Below, piece by piece: positions 10,161-16,401 of a DNA stretch of 16,401 nt; position 1 is the stretch's first letter; each line of letters opens with the position of its first letter. Location: contig NW_021825201.1 of NCBI RefSeq assembly GCF_006345805.1, positions 1-16,401 on the forward strand, given 5' to 3'. Source of the DNA: Octopus sinensis. Taxonomy: Eukaryota. Below the pieces are notes generated by a model. That model searched no databases. It was not told the origin of the DNA and saw only the letters and a program-made list of their open reading frames with translations. Made by a program: the position numbers and the translations under genes.

Positions 10161-11479
10161 ATATATATATTGAGCTCACAGAATTACTGTTTAAGAGCGG
10201 AGATTGACAATATTTTTTACTTCTTCCGAAGCAAAAATAAAATAAATATCATGCTAGTATCCTTTGTATATACGAGTTTGTAAGAGAATGAACACGGTTT
10301 TGGTAAATGAGACTGGAGTTGAAATCGCAACATCTTATTTCTTCTTCTTCAATCGGCCGAAAATAAGGTACGTTCTACCTTGTCATGCGAAGGATATGTC
10401 TCCTCTGTAACATTTGACAGGGCTTTAATATTGTTTTGCATTTTCCTCAAGGTCATCATTGTAATTCATTGCTCTTCGTCTTCTGTTAAGATGCGGATGA
10501 CTTTACTCTATAATACCTGATATGGTCTGTTCTTCAGCAAGATAGAAGTTGGCAGCAAGGCTAACCATACTCGATTTCAAAACCTTACATCAACAAATTC
10601 AGGATATATCTCCTCTACCTGACCGAAAATTACGTCTCTTAATAATCTTTGAAAATAATGAAGTTCAGACATGCTCTTAAACAACAACATCTATCTACAT
10701 GAGATATAATTCCAGGTGGGGCCGCAACCATATTTTGTTAGTCCACTATTAACAAATAACCCAACGAGTGAGTATCTACGTGATCGCAGAGCCTTCAAAA
10801 CAATAGAAGCCAAATTATCTACAATCTGTAACTATTGTCATAGTAGAGAGCTCGTTGATTTATGTGGTCTTGGGGAAGTCTGTGCACATAAGAATAAGCT
10901 ATGATAACCATGACAGGGAAGCCTTTAATCGTAAATCTACTCGATGAGAGTATCAACAACAGAACTAACATATTAGTATGAATTTCACCGAGCTATTGCA
11001 TCATATTAACAAGTGTTTAACGGAAATGAAGTATGTAAATATAAAACGTATCTCACCCTTTCATATGACAGTTACTTACTTTAACAGACGTGAAAGAACG
11101 AGGAGGTGCTGAAACATTCCTGGCTTTGGGCAAAAACAAAACAAGAAAAAAAACGAAGGAGGATCAGTTAATAATGGTTTTATTATTTCAGCAGTCCGTC
11201 AGTTTTCCAAAGTCCTGTGAAAGAACTTGGAAGGTTGGGCCTCCAGCCTGGTCTTTCCCGATGCCCTTGAAGCCAAGAATTTTCAGCATCCCCTCTTATT
11301 AAGGAAATCGAGTCAGCAGTGGAATATACGATAGTGTGTGTGTATGTGGTCGAGGATATAACACTATTCGATGCCTGTTGTAAATCTTAAAGATAGTTTG
11401 TTACGCAATCTCTGAAGATATGCTAATGTAAACTGTTTATAAGACTTTCCTTATATAACGATATTAGTGCTAGGAAACA

Positions 11480-11647
11480 TGTATAGGGTGACGTTAATAA
11501 ATAATTTGCAAACAAAGCACATGGTTCTGGATTCTGTCCTACTGCGTTGTATCTTGGGCAAGTGTCCTCTTGCCCCGGGCCGACCAAATACTTGTGCGTG
11601 GATCTGGTTGACAGAAACTGAAAGAAGCCCGTCATATATATATGTAT

Positions 11648-11679
<32 letters not shown>

Positions 11680-11888
11680 CTGTGTGTCTTTGTGTCTGTG
11701 TTTGTCTACCCTCCACTGCTTGACAACCGTTAGTAGTGTTTTTACGTCCCCTTAACGTAGCGGCCTTGTAAACACGGCTTACAAAATATAAGTTCTGGGG
11801 TCGATTTCTTCGACTAAAACCTTTTCACGGCGGTGCTCCAGCATGGTCACAGTTAAGTGATCGAAACAAGTAAAAAGAATAAAATAAT
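11480..11888 (+). mobile_element. SINE family B with internal microsatellite
   Basis: Colinear with 15885-16350: CACATGGTTC, TTGGGCAAGTGTC, GAAACTGAAAGAAGCCCGTC, a microsatellite at 11634-11679, GCTTGACAAC, TTTACGTCCCC, then the tail GGCGGTGCTCCAGCATGG. The 5' boundary is approximate. Confidence 0.8.
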
Positions 11889-11934
11889 AAAAATTAATGA
11901 ATAAACTTCTTTTTTGTGATATTTATGTATGAAG

Positions 11935-12058
11935 GCGTGTGTGTGTGTGCATGCGTTCGTTCACGTGTGTGTGTGTGTGTGTGTGTGGTGTGTGTGTGTG
12001 TGTGTGCGTGCGTGCGTTTGTGTGTGTGTGTGTTGTGTGTGTGTGTGTGTGTGTGTGC
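11935..12058. repeat. (GT)n microsatellite
   Basis: Read directly. Confidence 0.95.
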
Positions 12059-12089
12059 TTCTATTGTTAGTTGGATAAATAACAGGCCA

Positions 12090-12118
12090 TGTCGACCTCA
12101 GCAGAATGTGAACGCTGA
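12090..12118 (-). mobile_element. Short family A SINE B-box fragment
   Basis: GTCGACCTCAGCAGAATGTGAAC versus GTCGACCTCGGCGGAATTTGAAC at 6151-6173. Confidence 0.4.
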
Positions 12119-13017
12119 AGATAAAGTTATATTACTTAGCAATCAGAAATCAGTTACAACTGTATTCAAAGAAACCTACCAATTGTTACATCATAATTGT
12201 AGTAGATTATCATATTCACATTTTAGACAGGTTTAAAGGTGAAATATATTATGGTAGTTCTGATCGCTGAATAAGGATTTTTGGCAGATGTGTATAAAAT
12301 GTGAGCTATAACACCTGACAACATTTTGTACAGATCGACAATTATAACTGCATGCACTGTATGTACAATTATCGTGCACCTCGGGAATGTACCATGTATA
12401 CACACACAAACATACACACACATAAAAACCCCTACACACATATATGAGTATGTTCGTAAAATGACAACAGTATATATGTATCGCGTCTGTGATTTCCGGG
12501 GTAATTTAATTACGGATTTAATGAAGCACAACGTTAATGTATGAGAGAATACACATCACAAATTCCTATTCGCATCTACAGCGTTTCCAGAATACCTGGT
12601 AACATAAAGTATCACATCCATTAGGAACGGTGGGGCATCCAGAGTTATAATGACTTGTTTCAGAAATGAGACTCTAAGGTCAATACATCTAAAAGGTCAG
12701 ACAACCTAGAATGTCTGATAATCGATAATATCAGATAATATGGCCATAATATCTATTGCAATGTCGATTACAAAAATATTGCTACTGCTGTCATTTAACC
12801 ACTGGTCAGTCCTAATCGAGATGAATCTCATGTATAAAGGATTATAGTCAAGATCATTCACCTTTTTCGAGCATAATTTACAATATCACTTAATGCATTC
12901 TTTATCAAGTGATTTGAGAGAATTTTTACAGCTATTCCTAGTTGATCTAAGGGCACTGTAGATGATCTTTCCTTGGCTCGCGGAAATGAAAAATGTGGTT
13001 ATATTAATGGTAGAAAA

Positions 13018-13250
13018 GGCGGCGGCGAGCTGGCAGAAACGTTAGCACGCCGAGCGAAATGCTTAGCGGTATTTCGTTGCCGATACGTTCTGAGGTCAAA
13101 TTCCGCCGTGGTCAACTTTGCCATTCATCCTTTCGGGGTCGATAAATTAAGTACCAGTTACGCACTGGGGTCGATGTAATCGACTTAATCCGTTTGTCTG
13201 TCCTTGTTTGTCCCCTCTATGTTTAGCCCCTTATGGGTAGTTAAGAAATA
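13018..13250 (+). mobile_element. Full-length family A SINE, tail type 1
   Basis: Colinear with and highly similar to 1502-1730. Confidence 0.9.
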
Positions 13251-13420
13251 TTTCTTCCGTCTTTACGTTCTGAGTACAAATTCCGCCGAGGTCGACTTTG
13301 CCCTTCATCCTTTCGGGTTCCATAAATTAAGTACCAGTTACGCAACTGGTACTGCGGTCGATCTAATTTACTGTCCCTCCCTCAAAATTTCGGGTCTTGT
13401 GCCTAGAGTCGAACAGAATA
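13251..13420 (+). mobile_element. Headless family A SINE, tail type 2
   Basis: Begins mid-head (TTTCTTCCGTCTTTACGTTCTGAG), continues AAATTCCGCCGAGGTCGACTTTGCC and ends GTCTTGTGCCTAGAGTCGAACAGAAT. Confidence 0.85.
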
Positions 13421-13436
13421 TTAATGGTAGACATTT

Positions 13437-13607
13437 AGGTGGCCAAGTGGTAGAATCTTCAGCTCGCCGGGCTAAATGCTTAGTGGCCATCTTCGCCCGT
13501 GTTTCCGTTTTGAGTTCAAATTCCGCCGAGATTGACTTAGATTTTTATCCTTTCGAAGTCGATAAAATAAATATCAGACGCGCACTAGTGCCCCAAATTT
13601 TAAACTA
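13437..13607 (+). mobile_element. Older family A SINE with internal deletion
   Basis: Decayed head AGGTGGCCAAGTGGTAGAATC, B box GAGTTCAAATTCCGCCGAG; the second GGGGTCGAT module is missing; tail GTGCCCCAAATTTTAAAC. Confidence 0.75.
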
Positions 13608-13794
13608 ATATTAGTGGTAGACATATCGTTGACCCCCGGAAGGGTTACTTATAACCAAAATAGGATTAGCTTCGCTACTAAGGATATATTTTTAATGTTA
13701 GTTTTGTGGATAATTTAACTGATATTGTACGAAATTAATTGTTTTGTTAATAGTAATCATACTATTGCTGGCTACAGCTGTTTCTGCATTTAAT

Positions 13795-13895
13795 GATGTT
13801 GTTGTTGTTGTTGATGATGATGATGATGACAATGACGACGTCAACTTCAACGATGATGATGATGATAACGATAGCAATGATGATGCTGATGGTGA
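13795..13895 (+). repeat. (GTT)n/(GAT)n imperfect trinucleotide array
   Basis: Read directly. Confidence 0.9.
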
Positions 13896-14066
13896 CAGAA
13901 AAAAATGATAAAATTAGAGAGTTGGAGTTTAGTGTGGCAAAGGCGGTGATGGTGAAGACAGCCTTGTGTACTCTCATTCAAGTATAGATGACAACTACAT
14001 ATTTCATCCACTACTATGATGAAATCCGATACCAGTAATTGTATGGGTATAAACAAGAATATAAAC

Positions 14067-14118
14067 GGCGGTGCATCAGCATGGCCGCAGCTATGAGCCG
14101 AAACTACAGTAAAACAAA
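14067..14118 (+). mobile_element. Orphan LINE/SINE-B type 3' tail
   Basis: GGCGGTGCATCAGCATGGCCGCAG...GAAAC..AGTAAAA matches the family B tail at 11829-11875. Confidence 0.6.
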
Positions 14119-14494
14119 TGAGCTTGATATATGTTGAACCAATGAGAGAGCCTGTACTTGATCGCTAAGCCTGTTAGATGTAGTTACTTAAATATTATCA
14201 AACTCTAACCTATTAAAAACTAGAAATATTGGATTCTGTTGTATCAGATCTTCTGTGGCTAAATAAAAAGATAAGCAAATTCTCACAGTTGAATGAAGCT
14301 CCTTAATTTATAGTTCTCTTCCATCAACCTCAGTGGTGAGGTAAAACGCAACAAAAATATAACCAACATTCTAAGTAAATTTAATAATTCGATTTAGGTC
14401 GAAGCATTTACCTTTTATTTATCTGTTTCGTTAGTTTACTTTTTCCTTATCTATTTTCTCTCTTTATTTCTCACCTTCTCTCTCATATCTTACC

Positions 14495-14792
14495 TAGGGG
14501 TTAGGGTAAAGGGCAAAAACACTCTTCGGTCATAAATGGCTGTGAGATTTCACCTAGAAAGTTCCCCTACAACGCACAAGTCCGGGCAAGATTGTTTATG
14601 GAAGAATAGCAGTCGCCTATGCATATCAACCTCTTCTCTCCACGCCACCGATGTTATCCAAGGGAAGGTCCGAAACAGCTTGGCACCAGTAACGTCGATA
14701 AATAATTTCTACAGCTGAGTGAACCGGAGCAACGTGAAATAAAGTGTCTGACTCAAGGATACAACACACATCCTTAACCGGGAATCGAAATC
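14495..14792 (-). mobile_element. SINE family C (head truncated after the B box)
   Basis: Minus-strand B-box-like TTCGATTCCCGG (14778-14789), then GTGTTGTATCCTTGAGTCAGACACTTTATTTCACGTTGCTCC, similar to the post-tRNA CTTGGGCAAG segment of family B. The body resembles a repeat I recall from octopus. Confidence 0.7.
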
Positions 14793-14799
14793 CTTTCCT

Positions 14800-15470
14800 T
14801 ACTTCTGAAAGTTTCTTTCCTTTACCGTCAATTTCTCTCGTTTTTTTCTCTGTTCCCCGTCATGCCCTCCCGCCATCATCATTTAGTATACACACTCTTA
14901 CCCAAATTGTAAAGATTCGTTTATTTTCCCCACGTATATGTTTCTTATGCTATTTGTCGTCTGTCTATATATTATAAAATTTGTCTTCCACACTTTTCGC
15001 CAATTGTCCCTTCCAACTTGGTCTTTTTAATAGATTTTTCTCTCAAATTCACTCTCACGAAGCTTTTAATTTTAATGTTTTCAATTCTATTTCATTCTCT
15101 TCTTTGCTCTTAAATTCCGTCTACCTGCATCTCTCTTCCCCTTTCTCTCTCTTCAACTCAGGCTCTCAGCGTCTACCTCTCCCATTCTCTCACTGTCTTG
15201 CTCTTACTCTTTTACAGAATATTATGAAACTTACTCTTTCTTAACATCTTTCTCTGTTTTTTTTTTTCCCACCTGCTGTCTCTCTTAATCTCTGTCTTTA
15301 TGTATTTTCCCACCACTTTTTCGCTCATGAGCGTTTTGTCTTGATTTCAAACTTTCTCTATTTCTGTCCCTATCCCCCACTCTCTGTCTCACAATTTCTA
15401 TCTCAATACTCCATTCATTACATTCATCTTTAATTCGATTTGCTCGCTCCTCATACAATTTCTCCTCGTA
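14800..15470 (+). repeat. Pyrimidine-rich low-complexity tract
   Basis: Strong C/T skew, no clear periodicity. Confidence 0.7.
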
Positions 15471-15711
15471 ACAAGATATGTCTTGCGATTATTACACTGT
15501 CCATTCATTCATCAATCAAAATTTATATAATAAACTGTAATAAAAACAGCCAGAATCTATGAAATAAGACTTCAACAATAAACTTTAGAATTAAAAGAGA
15601 AAATTTAACCTAATCGATAAATAGTGAATCGATCTGATTCGTCATCACATGAAGTAGTACTTCAATTGGAAGGTAAGAAACAGTCTACGACTATGCGGAG
15701 GTGGGGTAATT

Positions 15712-15753
15712 ATATATGAGTATATATACATATATATATTTTCACACATATAC

Positions 15754-15834
<81 letters not shown>

Positions 15835-15839
15835 GTGTA

Positions 15840-15870
<31 letters not shown>
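15712..15870. repeat. (TA)n microsatellite
   Basis: Read directly. Confidence 0.95.
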
Positions 15871-15884
15871 TATATGTGTATTTG

Positions 15885-16045
15885 AATGTGTGCCTGCTAG
15901 TAAGAAGCTTGATTCCTAATCACATGGTTCCGAGTTCAGTACCACTGAGTGGGTCATTGGGCGTCTTCTACTATAGCCCTGGGCTACCGAAGACCTGTGA
16001 GTGGATTTGGTAGACGGAAACTGAGAGAAGATCGTCATATATATA

Positions 16046-16088
<43 letters not shown>

Positions 16089-16091
16089 TAT

Positions 16092-16123
<32 letters not shown>

Positions 16124-16350
16124 CATACATATATATACACACACATATGTGGGGGGAGCGTTTGTCACCACACCCCCGCTTGACAACTGGTGTCGGTGTG
16201 TTTACGTCCCCATAACTTAGTGGTTCGGAGAAAGGTACCAATAGAATAAGTGCCACGTAGCAAGAAAATAAGTACTGGAGTTGATAAATTCGACTCAAAA
16301 CTCTTCAAGACATTGGTCAAGCATAGCCACAGTTTAATGTTTGTAAGTAA
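15885..16350 (+). mobile_element. SINE family B with expanded internal (TA)n
   Basis: GTAAGAAGCTTG...CACATGGTTCCGAGTTCAGT...GTGAGTGGATTTGGTAGACGGAAACTG, (TA)n at ~16037-16147, GCTTGACAAC...TTTACGTCCCC; colinear with 11480-11888. Confidence 0.82.
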
Positions 16351-16355
16351 ATGAT

Positions 16356-16380
16356 ATATATATATATATATATATATATA
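16356..16380. repeat. (TA)n microsatellite
   Basis: Read directly. Confidence 0.95.
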
Positions 16381-16401
16381 CTCTTATCTTTTCAGTCATT
16401 G

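Noticed and set aside
13021-13610. SINE stack as a CRISPR array, tRNA cluster or 134-aa gene
   Set aside because: Units are 170-230-nt diverged SINEs; the heads lack a complete cloverleaf; the ORF merely reads through SINE sequence.
14495-14515. TTAGGG within GGGGTTAGGGTAAAGGG as a telomere seed or G-quadruplex
   Set aside because: A single telomeric unit and only three G-runs; it is the end of SINE C.
4025-16298. Many [12 protein letters not shown] ORFs
   Set aside because: Dinucleotide-repeat artefacts.

Overview
AT-rich, repeat-saturated eukaryotic non-coding DNA with no confidently identifiable intact gene. The SINE families resemble those I recall from Octopus (coleoid cephalopod) genomes; this is recognition, not a database match. 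Contents: about 8 copies or fragments of a tRNA-derived SINE (family A, two alternative tails), 2 copies of a second SINE (B) with a built-in microsatellite, and 1 copy of a third (C). There is also a decayed R4/Dong-clade non-LTR reverse transcriptase (minus, ~1765-2770) missing its catalytic motif, a CR1-like LINE 3' end, a near-perfect 173-bp foldback element (3794-3966), two speculative exons and many microsatellites. Most ORF-track entries are microsatellite artefacts. I found no evidence for a novel multi-gene system. The best leads are the foldback element, a thrice-repeated target site in a SINE stack, and shared stem-loops or tails linking the SINEs and a LINE.
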